Source of the DNA: Candidatus Latescibacterota bacterium
Lineage (GTDB): Bacteria; Latescibacterota; UBA2968; GCA-2709665
Direction: 5' to 3'
DNA: 64,000 bases
Assembly: GCA_963662665.2 (NCBI GenBank)
Contig: CAXXJS010000020.1
Coordinates: forward strand, 64,001 to 128,000
Within the stretch, counting starts at the first letter, position 1, and every line of letters begins with the position of its first letter. Shown here piece after piece: positions 20,737-30,989 of the stretch. Below the pieces are notes generated by a model. It was not told the origin of the DNA, did not search any database, and saw only the letters and a program-made list of their open reading frames with translations. A program made the position numbers and the translations under genes.

Positions 20737-20780
20737 CTGAATGTACACCTTGGTTGAATACAAGGAGCGGGGAGGAGCGG

Positions 20781-21467
20781 CTATCGTCCCTTCTTTTTCT
20801 CCTTCCTGGCAAACGATTTTGATATGTACGAGGCCGCGTCCGGTGTCTTGCAGTTCGTTTCGCCGTGGTCCACCTCGACGGGGCCGATCCGTTTCGCCGC
20901 CCTGATCGCGAGATCGCGATAGGTCGCATTAAACGTCCCTATAGCGATCAACGCGTTGTTCATCGCATAGCGGACCCGGTTCGGCCGGCTGTGGATCTGC
21001 ATCTCGATTCGATCGAGGCAGGCGTCCAGAAGCGCCTCGTCGACATCCCCGTGATCGTTCAGAACCATCTCCGTGAACGTATTCCATCCTGCCGTGGCGA
21101 CCCACTCGCCCCGCCTCGACGTCCATTTTCTGAAGCGTGCCAAACCCGTCATCGAGACGCTTGCCAGGGCACCGAGTTCCCCGGCAAGAATCGAATTGTC
21201 GATTTCACGCGACCAGACGTCCAGCTGAGCCGCGTTCATCCCCAACGGATCGGCCACTCGCGTTGCCAGTACCCGTGCGTCGTGGTTGCCCGTGGCCCAC
21301 AACGCATCGGCCAGTTGCTGGTCCCGCCTGATCTTCCGAACCATCCTGTTCAGGTTGGCAAAGCTGACGCCGTACATCGGCGGGTTGACGCCATGGCGCG
21401 CATAGACCTTGCGGTTCTGCGCTGTACCCAGTTCTTCAAGCGTTGATAGTGTCTCGTTCAGCGTCAC
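20781..21467 (-). CDS. DNA alkylation repair protein (AlkD-like HEAT-repeat family)
   Basis: YGV....L....KI..D..LA..LW.TG..DAR.LA, YAMN.ALI.IG, VDHG.T.CKTP.A..YI; GTG start 21467. Confidence 0.8.
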   Translation of the reverse strand: MTLNETLSTLEELGTAQNRKVYARHGVNPPMYGVSFANLNRMVRKIRRDQQLADALWATGNHDARVLATRVADPLGMNAAQLDVWSREIDNSILAGELGALASVSMTGLARFRKWTSRRGEWVATAGWNTFTEMVLNDHGDVDEALLDACLDRIEMQIHSRPNRVRYAMNNALIAIGTFNATYRDLAIRAAKRIGPVEVDHGETNCKTPDAASYISKSFARKEKKKGR

Positions 21468-21540
21468 CTTTCCCCACCTGACGGAGACTTCGCGCCATTT
21501 CCGCGGCGTTCGCCCCCGCAACTTCGGAACGGACCGGGAC

Positions 21541-21963
21541 TCAGTCCCCGGGAAACTCGAAATTGATCTGCCATTTGATACCGAACCTGTCGACGCACAT
21601 TCCGAAATAGGCCCCCCAAAACATATCCTGCATCGGCATCACCGTATTGCCGCCCTCCGACAGCCCGGCAAGCAGACGGTCGGCGTCCGCCTTGTTGTCA
21701 GGGCTGACCGTTATGGAAAAATTGCTGCCCACCTGAGGAGCGGGTCCGAATGTCGAGGCATGATCGCTTCCCATGAGCACACTGTCGCCGATCGGCAATG
21801 AAACGTGCATGACCAGATCGCGTTCTTCTTCGGGCACCTGCAGATCGGGAGGTCCGTCTCCGAACGTCTGAATGAACTGGAAGTCTCCGCCGAACACGGA
21901 ACGGTAGAACTCAAAGGCCTCCCGACACTGCTTTTCGAAGGTCAAATAGGTATTCAGTTGCAA
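21541..21963 (-). CDS. PhnB-like VOC family protein
   Basis: YL.F...C.EA.EFY.SVFGG, VMH..L, LM.SD, L..GG...MP....FWGA.FG...D.FG..W; AAGGAGG before TTG 21963. Confidence 0.85.
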   Translation of the reverse strand: MQLNTYLTFEKQCREAFEFYRSVFGGDFQFIQTFGDGPPDLQVPEEERDLVMHVSLPIGDSVLMGSDHASTFGPAPQVGSNFSITVSPDNKADADRLLAGLSEGGNTVMPMQDMFWGAYFGMCVDRFGIKWQINFEFPGD

Positions 21964-22111
21964 GGTCGCCTCCTTTGAGACATGTGGCAAGCTGCGCGCC
22001 ATAGAGTGCATTGATGGCTTCCGCGTTCAGAATTCAATTGCGGAAGCGCCGGAACTGAGGCGATTCTGCATCGCCGTACTTTATGCTCCTGATCAGAGTC
22101 CATTGACAGTG

Positions 22112-23368
22112 TTACAGATACAGGCCGATCATACAGCCGGTGAGCATGGTGGCCAGGGTTCCGCCAACCAGGGATCGAAGCCCCAGTCGCGCCAGGTCGC
22201 CGCGCCGGTCGGGCGCGATCCCCCCGATGCCGCCGATCATGATGGCCACGGATCCGAAATTGGCGAAACCGCACAATGCGTACGCCGCGATTACAAAGGA
22301 CCGTTGACTGAGCGGTTCCGGCCCGTTCATCAGCCGACTCAGGTCCAGATAGGCCACGAACTCGTTCAGGATCGTCTTCAGGCCCATCAGCTCTCCGACG
22401 ATGCGGGCATCGGCCCATGAAATCCCCATCAGCCAGACGAACGGACGAAATATCTCACCGGCGAATGCCTGCAGGCTCCAGCCGCTGGAACTCGCGTTGA
22501 CCAATACGTCAATCCTGCCGATAAGGAGGTTGGCCAGGGCGACTAGGCCGATGAAGGCGACAAGCATCGCGAGGACGTTGATGACCAGGCGCATGCCCTC
22601 CGCGGCGCCGCGGGCCGCGGCATCGAGTCCGTTCAGCGTGTCTTCCCGGGGAAGTTCCACCTGGCTGCGGGAGGTGACGGGATCGCCGGTTTCCGGAATC
22701 ATCAGTTTGGACACGGCAATCGCCGCCGGCGCGCTGATCAGCGATGCCGTGAACAGGTGGCCGGCGACGTCCGGATTGACGGCACCCAGAATCGTCGCGT
22801 AGATGACCATGACCGTTCCGGCGATCGTGGCCATTCCCACGGTCATCAGACAGAACAACTCGCTCTCGGTCATTCGGCTCACGTACGGCCTGATCAACAG
22901 CGGGGATTCCGTCATTCCAAGGATGACGTTACCGGCGGATCCGACGCTTTCCGCCGAACTCAGGCCGAGGGACTTCTGCATGGCCGCGCTCAGCCTGCCG
23001 ATCACCCAGGGCAGGATCCTGTAGTGGTAGAGCATCCGGGAAACCGAAGCCACAAAGATCAAAACCGCCGCAATTTCCAGTGCAACGACGGGACCGTATT
23101 TGCTCGTGAAATCGGGATTGGACAATCCCGAAAAGAGGAGCGATTCGTTGGCCTTCAGCGCGGCCGTACGAAGTATGTCGGTGAGGGCGCCGACCACGCC
23201 GAAGACGTAATGCCGCAACCCCGTCCTGACGAGGATGCCTGTCAACAGCAGCTGAAGGCCGCTGGCAACCGCGACGGTCTTCCAGGGGATTCTCCTTGAG
23301 CGCCGGCCCAGGCACCATGCAACGGCCAGAAGCACGACATATCCGATGGCGCTATGAAGCACCGTCAA
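22112..23368 (-). CDS. concentrative nucleoside transporter (CNT/NupC family)
   Basis: GMTESPL.IRPY, GMATIAG, K..LNEFVAY, YALCGFANFGS; TTG 23368 after GAGGAG. Confidence 0.92.
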   Translation of the reverse strand: MTVLHSAIGYVVLLAVAWCLGRRSRRIPWKTVAVASGLQLLLTGILVRTGLRHYVFGVVGALTDILRTAALKANESLLFSGLSNPDFTSKYGPVVALEIAAVLIFVASVSRMLYHYRILPWVIGRLSAAMQKSLGLSSAESVGSAGNVILGMTESPLLIRPYVSRMTESELFCLMTVGMATIAGTVMVIYATILGAVNPDVAGHLFTASLISAPAAIAVSKLMIPETGDPVTSRSQVELPREDTLNGLDAAARGAAEGMRLVINVLAMLVAFIGLVALANLLIGRIDVLVNASSSGWSLQAFAGEIFRPFVWLMGISWADARIVGELMGLKTILNEFVAYLDLSRLMNGPEPLSQRSFVIAAYALCGFANFGSVAIMIGGIGGIAPDRRGDLARLGLRSLVGGTLATMLTGCMIGLYL

Positions 23369-23457
23369 GTCCGGACTCCTCTTCGGGGAACGCGGGGGCA
23401 GAGGCGGATGATTCCAATGAGAATGCGACGCTTCCGCCACGTTTGAGACCGGCGCCA

Positions 23458-23486
23458 ATAATAGCCGATAATGCGCTAATCGTCAA
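23458..23486 (-). promoter_or_regulatory. sigma70-type promoter for the CNT gene
   Basis: Minus strand TTGACG, 17 bp, TATTAT. Confidence 0.6.
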
Positions 23487-23527
23487 GCCATTTCCCTCTC
23501 GAAGGCCCAGACTCGCCCTGGTACCTC

Positions 23528-23556
23528 TTGACAAGAATGAACGAAAACCCTATTGT
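23528..23556 (+). promoter_or_regulatory. sigma70-type promoter for gmd
   Basis: TTGACA, 17 bp, TATTGT. Confidence 0.6.
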
Positions 23557-23705
23557 TGAATCTGTCGTCGTCGTACGGCTCATTCGTTGCAACTTCGTTT
23601 GCCGAAGCCATTTGCGCCAGTCCCGGACACCCGGCATGATCGCAAAGAGTTACATGTGTCCCATGAACGAGGCACGTTTCGGAATCCGGTCGCCGCGAGG
23701 TCCGC

Positions 23706-24779
23706 ATGCGGTCTGACACCCCCGAAAAAACTGCACTGATAACGGGAATCACCGGCCAGGACGGCTCCTATCTTGCGGAGTATCTGATTGGAAAGGGCTA
23801 CGTGGTGCATGGTATCATCAGGAGGGCGTCTCTGTTCAATACCGATCGGATCGATCACCTGTTCTCCGGCCCCCAGGACCCCGACCGGCGAATGATCCTG
23901 CATTACGGCGATCTCACGGATACGGCGAATTTGATTCGAATCGTCCAGGAAGTGCGACCGGACGAGATCTACAACCTGGGTGCGCAAAGCCACGTGGCGG
24001 TGTCCTTTGAAACCCCTGAATACACGGCGAAGGTGGCCGCGTTGGGGGCGCTCCATCTGCTCGAGGCCATTCGCATCTGCGGCCTTGCAGATCGAACTCG
24101 TTTCTACCAGGCATCCAGTTCGGAAATGTACGGCAAGGCGACCGAGACACCCCAGAGGGAATCGACACGGTTCTATCCCCGATCGCCATACGCCGCAGCC
24201 AAGGTATACGCCTACTGGATCACGGTGAATTATCGCGAAGCGTATGACATTTTCGCCTGCAACGGGATACTGTTCAACCACGAGTCCCCCGTCCGTGGAG
24301 AGACGTTCGTGACCCGGAAGATCACCCGGCGGCTGGCACGCGTGACGGTAGGGTTGGACGAATGCGTGTACCTCGGCAATCTCGACGCGATGAGAGATTG
24401 GGGCCATGCACGGGACTATGTTCGCGCCCAATGGATGATGTTGCAACAGACGGAACCCGACGATTACGTCATCGCAACGGGACAACAGCATTCGGTTCGC
24501 GCATTCGTAAACCTTGCGGCCGGGTTTCTGGGGCTGGAGCTGGCGTGGCGCGGGACGGGCGCCGACGAAGTCGCAATCAACAGGGCAACGGGAAGTGCGG
24601 TCGTGCGTATTGACCCGCGGTATTTCCGGCCAACCGAAGCACATTCACTCCTGGGCGATGCATCCAAAGCGCGCAGGAAACTCGGCTGGCGGCCGCAGAT
24701 CAGTTTCGCAGACCTCGTCCGGGAGATGGTCGAGGCCGACCTTCTTCTGGCAGAGCGCGAGGCGTCCGCACAGCTTTGA
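23706..24779 (+). CDS. gmd: GDP-mannose 4,6-dehydratase
   Basis: [57 protein letters not shown]. Confidence 0.97.
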   Translation: MRSDTPEKTALITGITGQDGSYLAEYLIGKGYVVHGIIRRASLFNTDRIDHLFSGPQDPDRRMILHYGDLTDTANLIRIVQEVRPDEIYNLGAQSHVAVSFETPEYTAKVAALGALHLLEAIRICGLADRTRFYQASSSEMYGKATETPQRESTRFYPRSPYAAAKVYAYWITVNYREAYDIFACNGILFNHESPVRGETFVTRKITRRLARVTVGLDECVYLGNLDAMRDWGHARDYVRAQWMMLQQTEPDDYVIATGQQHSVRAFVNLAAGFLGLELAWRGTGADEVAINRATGSAVVRIDPRYFRPTEAHSLLGDASKARRKLGWRPQISFADLVREMVEADLLLAEREASAQL

Positions 24780-24887
24780 ATATCGATTAACACAAATCCG
24801 CAGGGTCTGCAAACCCGCGTTTCCCACACACGGGTAGCAGATCAACAGGCAGAAACGAAGGCCAATAGAGGGAGTTCGGTCAGGTCC

Positions 24888-26171
24888 ATGGGCGAAACAA
24901 CGCTTTTTGATGCGTCATACGAAAAACGCAGGAACCCGTTGCTGAAGCAGGTGCTGGAGCGGTTGTACCCGATTTACTCGCCTGAAGAACGCGAGGTCAT
25001 ACGCATTGATTCCATCAGCAGGGAGCTGCTCTCCCGCCCCTCGGGGCGCGGTTTTGTCAACCGCGACCTCCTCGAGACCGTTCTGGGCAATCTGCTCGAA
25101 TGCGTCGCGCCGGGCTCCCATAACGTTCAGGCAGCCGGGCCGACGGACAGCCTGGAGGATGCAGTCGGAGAGATCGCCGACCAGATCTATGCGATGATCG
25201 CGCAGTCGTTTCTGGCGGCGGAAGGGAACGGCAGAGATATCGAAACCCCGACCCTGGACGCCACCTTCTCGCTCCTGGCCGACCTGCCCCACCTCAAAAG
25301 CCGGGCACTGTGGAACCGGTTCGCTTCGTTGAAGGATCCGGCGGTATGGGATGCCTATATCGTGGCCAAACATCGAACCCAAATCAGCAGGTTAGCGGAC
25401 CTGGACCACGGTTCTGTGCTGGACAATGCGATCGATATCCGTGATTTCAATCCATATCGGGATTTTCTGAAGACTCGGAATCTGGACTTTGCATTCGACT
25501 ATCTCATGCAGCTGGTGATCAGCACCTACCCCGGCTGGCGTGTACTCTTCTATCATGACGTTGCCCACGCCCTCACCAGGTCCGGTTCGGCGGAAGGCCT
25601 TACAGATGTCGAACGCAAACCGGTCCCGCTTCTGCCGCGCGCCATTTCGGAACTTGGCGCCAGGTATTACCAGGCCGACCTGCATCCTGAAACCGTAATC
25701 GGCGACGCAAACTTCCTCGATCATCCGCACCGGGGCCTGACAACCGGCCAGACCGGTGTAATCGGCTCCGGTTGTTACATCTATCCTTGCACGATGGGTG
25801 GCCTCAGCGGCAAAGTCAGGCACCGGCACCCGGAAATCGGCGATCATGTCCAGATTGGTACCGATGCCACCCTCCTGGGGCCCGTCAGAATCGGCAATCA
25901 TTCCACCGTTGGTCCCAATACTCAGGTGTATGGCTACGTGCAAACCGACACGGAGTGCCGAATCGCCTCGTCGGTTGTCGTCGGCACCGTATTGAGCGGC
26001 GACAGGAGGCCGGGGAGAATCCGGCTGGGCAAGGGGGTTCGCGTGGGCGACGGGACAGTGATAGAAAACAGCACCGAACTCGACCTGATCATCCCCGACA
26101 AAGCGGAAATTCCCGCGCGAAGTCACGTCATTAACGACGGTTTCGGCAATCCGAGGTTCGTGAGGGAATAA
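24888..26171 (+). CDS. divergent serine O-acetyltransferase-like left-handed beta-helix protein
   Basis: DLHP...IG...FLDH, T.GG...RHP.IGD.V.IG..A.LLGPV.IG; long N-terminal helical region and extra hexapeptide coils. Confidence 0.7.
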   Translation: MGETTLFDASYEKRRNPLLKQVLERLYPIYSPEEREVIRIDSISRELLSRPSGRGFVNRDLLETVLGNLLECVAPGSHNVQAAGPTDSLEDAVGEIADQIYAMIAQSFLAAEGNGRDIETPTLDATFSLLADLPHLKSRALWNRFASLKDPAVWDAYIVAKHRTQISRLADLDHGSVLDNAIDIRDFNPYRDFLKTRNLDFAFDYLMQLVISTYPGWRVLFYHDVAHALTRSGSAEGLTDVERKPVPLLPRAISELGARYYQADLHPETVIGDANFLDHPHRGLTTGQTGVIGSGCYIYPCTMGGLSGKVRHRHPEIGDHVQIGTDATLLGPVRIGNHSTVGPNTQVYGYVQTDTECRIASSVVVGTVLSGDRRPGRIRLGKGVRVGDGTVIENSTELDLIIPDKAEIPARSHVINDGFGNPRFVRE

Positions 26172-26178
26172 AAAGTAA

Positions 26179-26203
26179 CGGAGCGCATATTTCACACGCT
26201 CCG
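26179..26203. terminator. possible intrinsic terminator between convergent genes
   Basis: CGGAGCG ... CGCTCCG hairpin preceded by an A-run. Confidence 0.4.
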
Positions 26204-26285
26204 CTTGTCTCGGCCCGAATGGCCATTTGAAGCGCCCGTCTCGCTCCGATGCCGGCCGGGCGCTCGGCGGGAGAATTTCGGCGAT

Positions 26286-27113
26286 CTATTTCCGGGCCGG
26301 AGCACGAGGCGCTTCCCGGTGGAATTCGATATCGGCATACCAGGTCGACGCCCTGCTGTCCGTATTGTCGGTATCCGTCATCAGATAAACCCGCAGTATT
26401 TTACCCGGTTCCTCGCCCGGGTATCCTCTCTTGTAGTCCTCGTAGAGATTCCGCACTTCCGGCACCCACTGCTTCATCCTGCCCGGCCCGCTTTCAACGA
26501 CTATTCGCCGCCACGACAGTTTCCAGACAAACGGGATGATCGTGGTCTCCGACGTGAACATAAGCGACTCCGGCAGTGTATTGGACCAGACGTACGCGAT
26601 CTCCCGGATGTTGTTCGTACCCTTCTCCAGGATCGCGATTCCCAATTTCGCGCTGAAGTCGTCGTCCTGTTTCTTCAACCTGCCGCCCTTCTCCAGTCGT
26701 TGTCGACCGATAGTGGAATAGTCCACTTTCCAGCGCCAGGTCAGATACGGGGTTTCGGCCACGTCGATCAGTGTGTCGAACCCGCGCTTCCTGATGATCT
26801 TTTCGAACTCTCTGGGTGGCCGCTTACACCGCGCGACCCACGGGTAACGGGCTGGATCCAGCGCCATCGGACGGCCTGATCGCGTCGGTATCTGCCACAG
26901 CAGCGCGGCAGCCCCTTCGCTGATGAATCGCACCGAATTGTCAGCGTACTGGAATTTCGTTTTCGTATTGCATTCAGCCCAATCTCTTTGCAGCCACGCG
27001 CTCATGTCTACCCGCAGCCCCTTCCCGTCCGCCTTTGCTGCCGCGAAGGCGACGCCGGCCGACCAGGCGAGCGCAAAGAACGTAAACCTCCAAACCCGCC
27101 GGACGCGCATCAT
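26286..27113 (-). CDS. DUF3047 domain protein (secreted)
   Basis: Signal peptide; TPYLTWRWKV, DDF.A, IAYVWS, W..E.RN..EDY, MTDTDNT. Confidence 0.85.
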   Translation of the reverse strand: MMRVRRVWRFTFFALAWSAGVAFAAAKADGKGLRVDMSAWLQRDWAECNTKTKFQYADNSVRFISEGAAALLWQIPTRSGRPMALDPARYPWVARCKRPPREFEKIIRKRGFDTLIDVAETPYLTWRWKVDYSTIGRQRLEKGGRLKKQDDDFSAKLGIAILEKGTNNIREIAYVWSNTLPESLMFTSETTIIPFVWKLSWRRIVVESGPGRMKQWVPEVRNLYEDYKRGYPGEEPGKILRVYLMTDTDNTDSRASTWYADIEFHREAPRAPARK

Positions 27114-27137
27114 ACCGATACTTACCCGCCTTATTGA

Positions 27138-28253
27138 TTATTGCGACATGATCTCCCGATACACACCCATGGTCTTTTGCGCGCAATCCTGCCACGTATA
27201 ACGCGCTGCCCGGCGCCTCCCCCTGGCCACAAGGCGTTCCCGCAATGCCTCGTCCCTTATCAGACGCGTCATTCCGCCGGCGATGGACGCAACCTCAAAG
27301 GGATTTACAAGTACGGCCGCGTCGCCGGCGATTTCCGAGAGAGAGGACGCATCCGAGGTCAAAACGGGACATCCGTTGGCCATCGCTTCAATCACCGGCA
27401 GCCCGAATCCCTCTACAACAGATGGAAAAACGAAGAAAACTGCCTCCTGGAAGCACGCGCGTACTTCGCCATCGCTCAATTGCTCGGTAAATAGGACGTT
27501 TCGAGTGATCCCGAGGTTCCGCGTGAGTTCAGCCAGCGTGGCGTATCCGTCGCCCCGTCCGCTGATCAGCAGGAACACATCCGGAGATTGTTTCGCGACC
27601 ACGCCGAAGGCCTCGATGAGACGCCGGATATTCTTATATGGCTTTGTATTGCCAAGCGAGAAAATGAATCGCCGACCACGGCAGACTTCAGGTAGCGCTC
27701 CCGCAACGTTTTCTTCCCTCGATGACCCGTCACTTCCGTGATGAATTGCCGTGAATTTCGAAGGCGACCCAGGATACCGCGCAAGTGCGTCCCGCCTTGT
27801 CGTTTCGGAAACCGTAATTACATGGTGGGCTTTCCTGACGGAATTTCCGATCAAAGGACCGGCAAAACGGCGTGCCATCCATCCGCGCCATCGCGCTTCG
27901 TAAGCGATATCGGGCGAATTTATCCAGATCAAGTCATGCAGGGTGAGGACGATCCGCCTGGCCCGGACGCCGAGGGGAAGAAGATGAAAGAGACAATGGT
28001 ATATGTCGGCCCGGAGTGGATTCACGACGCTGGCCCCTCCGACAATGTTTCGGCCCGTTGAAATTCCGTATGGAACCGCGATGTCCGTAAAATTGGTCTG
28101 TTCTACCAGCGGACGCGGATAGGCGGCCCGTCTCAGCAGAAGGTATTCGTTGTGCCGATCCAGCCTGGCAATGGCCCGGACCAGGCTGAACGCGTACCTG
28201 CCAACGCCGGTTTCAACGTCACGGACCTCTCGCGCATCGATACAGATTCTCAC
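27138..28253 (-). CDS. GT4 glycosyltransferase (MtfB/WbaZ-like)
   Basis: IDAR....TGVGRY, TLHDL, VSE.T..D, KN..RL, FVFPS..EGFGLPVIEAMA.G.PV; GTG 28253. Confidence 0.92.
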   Translation of the reverse strand: MRICIDAREVRDVETGVGRYAFSLVRAIARLDRHNEYLLLRRAAYPRPLVEQTNFTDIAVPYGISTGRNIVGGASVVNPLRADIYHCLFHLLPLGVRARRIVLTLHDLIWINSPDIAYEARWRGWMARRFAGPLIGNSVRKAHHVITVSETTRRDALARYPGSPSKFTAIHHGSDGSSREENVAGALPEVCRGRRFIFSLGNTKPYKNIRRLIEAFGVVAKQSPDVFLLISGRGDGYATLAELTRNLGITRNVLFTEQLSDGEVRACFQEAVFFVFPSVVEGFGLPVIEAMANGCPVLTSDASSLSEIAGDAAVLVNPFEVASIAGGMTRLIRDEALRERLVARGRRRAARYTWQDCAQKTMGVYREIMSQ

Positions 28254-28266
28254 CGTACCTCCTCTC

Positions 28267-29787
28267 TCACACGAAGATGCGTCTGATCCGGCGATAGACC
28301 CGCAACCCGAACTGCTTTTCCTCGTCTTCAATACCAAGCAGGCAGATAAACCCGCCATAACACAGAAAGACCAGTGCGGCGTGGCGCAGAACATCCCACA
28401 GCGCCGAAATCGGAGCAAGAGTTCCAAACACTGTCATCAATACCGCGGTTGCGCAGCCGGCAAGCACTGGCTTGCAGAGTTTGATGGAAAACGCATGTAC
28501 CTTCAATCTTCGAAATACCCACCAGGAGGAGAGCGTATTCGTTAAAACCGCCGTGAACGTGGCGCCGATAGCGGCGCCGGTAGGACCAAACCGGCGAACC
28601 AGAACAAGCGTACCGATCCCGCTGATCAGCAGCGTGACAATTCTTACACCCATCAGTGCATCGGGATGGCCGGTCATCACCAGAACATAGCCCGACAAAC
28701 CAAAAACAGCCGTTGCGACAGCGCCAAGCAACAGAATCAGCAGCCAGGCGTATCCAGCCGAGAATTCCGTCCCCACGAATGCGGCGATCTGGCGCCCGTT
28801 GAGGGCAAATACCAGCAGAATTGGAACGGTAACCAGCGTCACCCAGCGTGTCACAAGTTTAAAGAATCCGCCCAGGCGCGAGATCTCTCCGCGGGCATTG
28901 TATTCCGCGAAGAAAGGGTTCGCAATAGGATCGAAGGCGCCGGAGACGGCGCGCACGATTCCCGCCAGCTGGATCATCACGCCATAAACGGCGATGGTCT
29001 CGGGTTCGATAATAGATCCGACAATCACGACGTCCAATCGTCCGTTCAGTTCCGAAATCAGATCGATCAGAAACATCGAAAATGAAAAGCGAAAGAGCTT
29101 TCGCTCGAACCCGGTTCCCCTTTCGGACCACGCTCGCCATGGATAAAACCTGAAGACCGGCACAATGGAACAACATAACACGACCGCCGTAGCAACCAGA
29201 TACGCAGCGCAGATCCCCGTCAGATCCATTCCTAGCATGTAGAACAGGATCGCAAGACCGATCAACAGCGCGGGCTCGGTCAGACCTTTGACGTAAAGCT
29301 GATACTCCATCACCTTGTGTGCAATGGGAACCTGCAGCAGCAGCCCGCCTACGGTCTGGAAGAAGACGACGAATGCCATCCATCGCAGTGCGACGTCTAC
29401 CCGCTCACGGCCAATCAACCCCCCCAGTGCGTCGGAAAAGAAATAACAACCCAGGCTGGCGCCGAGGCTTAAAACGCCTCCCGCGAGAAGGGCGGTTCTG
29501 ACGCTTCCCAGGGCCCGTTGTTTCTCTCCACGGGACTGATGGTGGGCGACGTGCCGGAGCAATGCCTTGTCAAGACCGAAAAACGCGAATCGGGAAAACA
29601 GATTCACCCAGGTCCAGGCGAGATAGTAGAGACCGTAGGAAGCAGTGGAATAGAGTCGTGCGGCAATGAGATAAAATGCCGGGCGGCCCAGCTTTGAAAA
29701 CAGCGCCAGGAGATTGACGCCAACGCCGCGGGAGAGTGTCGCAAGATCCAGCGCGTTTCGCGCCTCGTCCTCTTTGTATTCAGCCAT
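28267..29787 (-). CDS. Wzx-like oligosaccharide flippase (MOP superfamily)
   Basis: Many TM segments, AR.....YG, FG..GAA; lies between two glycosyltransferase genes. Confidence 0.85.
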   Translation of the reverse strand: MAEYKEDEARNALDLATLSRGVGVNLLALFSKLGRPAFYLIAARLYSTASYGLYYLAWTWVNLFSRFAFFGLDKALLRHVAHHQSRGEKQRALGSVRTALLAGGVLSLGASLGCYFFSDALGGLIGRERVDVALRWMAFVVFFQTVGGLLLQVPIAHKVMEYQLYVKGLTEPALLIGLAILFYMLGMDLTGICAAYLVATAVVLCCSIVPVFRFYPWRAWSERGTGFERKLFRFSFSMFLIDLISELNGRLDVVIVGSIIEPETIAVYGVMIQLAGIVRAVSGAFDPIANPFFAEYNARGEISRLGGFFKLVTRWVTLVTVPILLVFALNGRQIAAFVGTEFSAGYAWLLILLLGAVATAVFGLSGYVLVMTGHPDALMGVRIVTLLISGIGTLVLVRRFGPTGAAIGATFTAVLTNTLSSWWVFRRLKVHAFSIKLCKPVLAGCATAVLMTVFGTLAPISALWDVLRHAALVFLCYGGFICLLGIEDEEKQFGLRVYRRIRRIFV

Positions 29788-30700
29788 TCCGCCTCAAATT
29801 CCGGCCGCAGTTTCCGCGGTTGTCCCGATAGAGACCCATCCCGGCCCGTATGCCTTGCGACAGCGCTTTCAGCTTCAGCGGCAAGGTCCACCAGAAGCCG
29901 AACGAACTCAAGCGGCCGCGAAGAATGAAGAACCGCACGAACAGATTGAGTATAAAGTACGGTACAAGCCGCCCGTCGAGATGTTTCAGCCAGAAATAGA
30001 GCTCATTGCAATAGGTCTTCGGATCGGCCGCCTGATCCAATACTCTGCAACCTCCGGACGGCGCCGCATGGTGGAAGACCGCGGCTTCCGGTTCGAAAAC
30101 CATCCGACCGCCTCCGGCCATGAGATATCGGAGGCAAAAATCCGTCTCCTCCCTAAGCTGGCTGCCGGTGAATCGCTCGTCAAACCCGCCACAGCGCAAC
30201 GCCTGTTCGCGAAGAAAGGAAAGATTCCCCCCGCCGCCGTGCGAGACGTTCCTGCGGCGGGTCGCATGGAAATTTGAAATCACGTGTCCATACCAGGTCA
30301 CCTCGCCGCAACGCCACGGTTCCCTGCGGCCGCGGCTACGTGAACTTATGATTCGGCCGGCCACGGCGCTGACGCCTTCAGTGTCGTAGTTGCGCGCGTG
30401 TCTTGAGATAAAGTCGCCGCACAAGTCAACGTCGTCGTCAAGACAGAGAATCACCTCCCCGCGTGCGTTCTTCAATCCCAGGTTCTTCGCTCGCGTCCCA
30501 CTCGCCGTCTCCGTACGAACGTAACGAATGCGCGTGCGGATGGAAGCAAGAAACTCCACGACTTCGGGCGGGTGTCTGTCCGTCTGGTCAACGACGATTA
30601 CCTCGAACGAGGGATAGGTCTGTCGCAATACCTGCTCCAGCGTTCTCTTCAGAAACACCGAGCGGTTGTACGTTGGAATTATGACCGATACGTGTTTCAT
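29780..30700 (-). CDS. GT2 glycosyltransferase
   Basis: VSVIIPTYNR, EVIVVD, LDDD, GGFDERF, EE.DF. Confidence 0.92.
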   Translation of the reverse strand: MKHVSVIIPTYNRSVFLKRTLEQVLRQTYPSFEVIVVDQTDRHPPEVVEFLASIRTRIRYVRTETASGTRAKNLGLKNARGEVILCLDDDVDLCGDFISRHARNYDTEGVSAVAGRIISSRSRGRREPWRCGEVTWYGHVISNFHATRRRNVSHGGGGNLSFLREQALRCGGFDERFTGSQLREETDFCLRYLMAGGGRMVFEPEAAVFHHAAPSGGCRVLDQAADPKTYCNELYFWLKHLDGRLVPYFILNLFVRFFILRGRLSSFGFWWTLPLKLKALSQGIRAGMGLYRDNRGNCGRNLRRNG

Positions 30701-30989
30701 TATATGAAGCAGTCAGGTCGCTGTATCCGGCTGCCAGCGACAATGCCGGCTGGAATCCATCGGGAAAGAGATGGCAGCGTAATAATGTGCATTGGCAACA
30801 TCGGCCGTATCTGATTGCGGCATGTCTGTGCCGGTTGGCACGTCCGCCCGCTGAAAGGCCGTGGCGACTTCAATGCAAAATCTCCCCTATCATAGTGGAA
30901 ACTGCGTGGTAAGGCGGACGACCGGTACCCAATACTTCGCCTAACAGTCCCGATACAGGCGTTACGCTTCCGTCAGATTGGACATAAAT

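Noticed and set aside
21541-21963. PhnB-like gene as part of a phosphonate operon with phnA
   Set aside because: Opposite strand, and PhnB-like VOC proteins have no established role in C-P bond cleavage.
23580-24644. 354-aa ORF on the - strand
   Set aside because: Antisense shadow of the highly conserved gmd.
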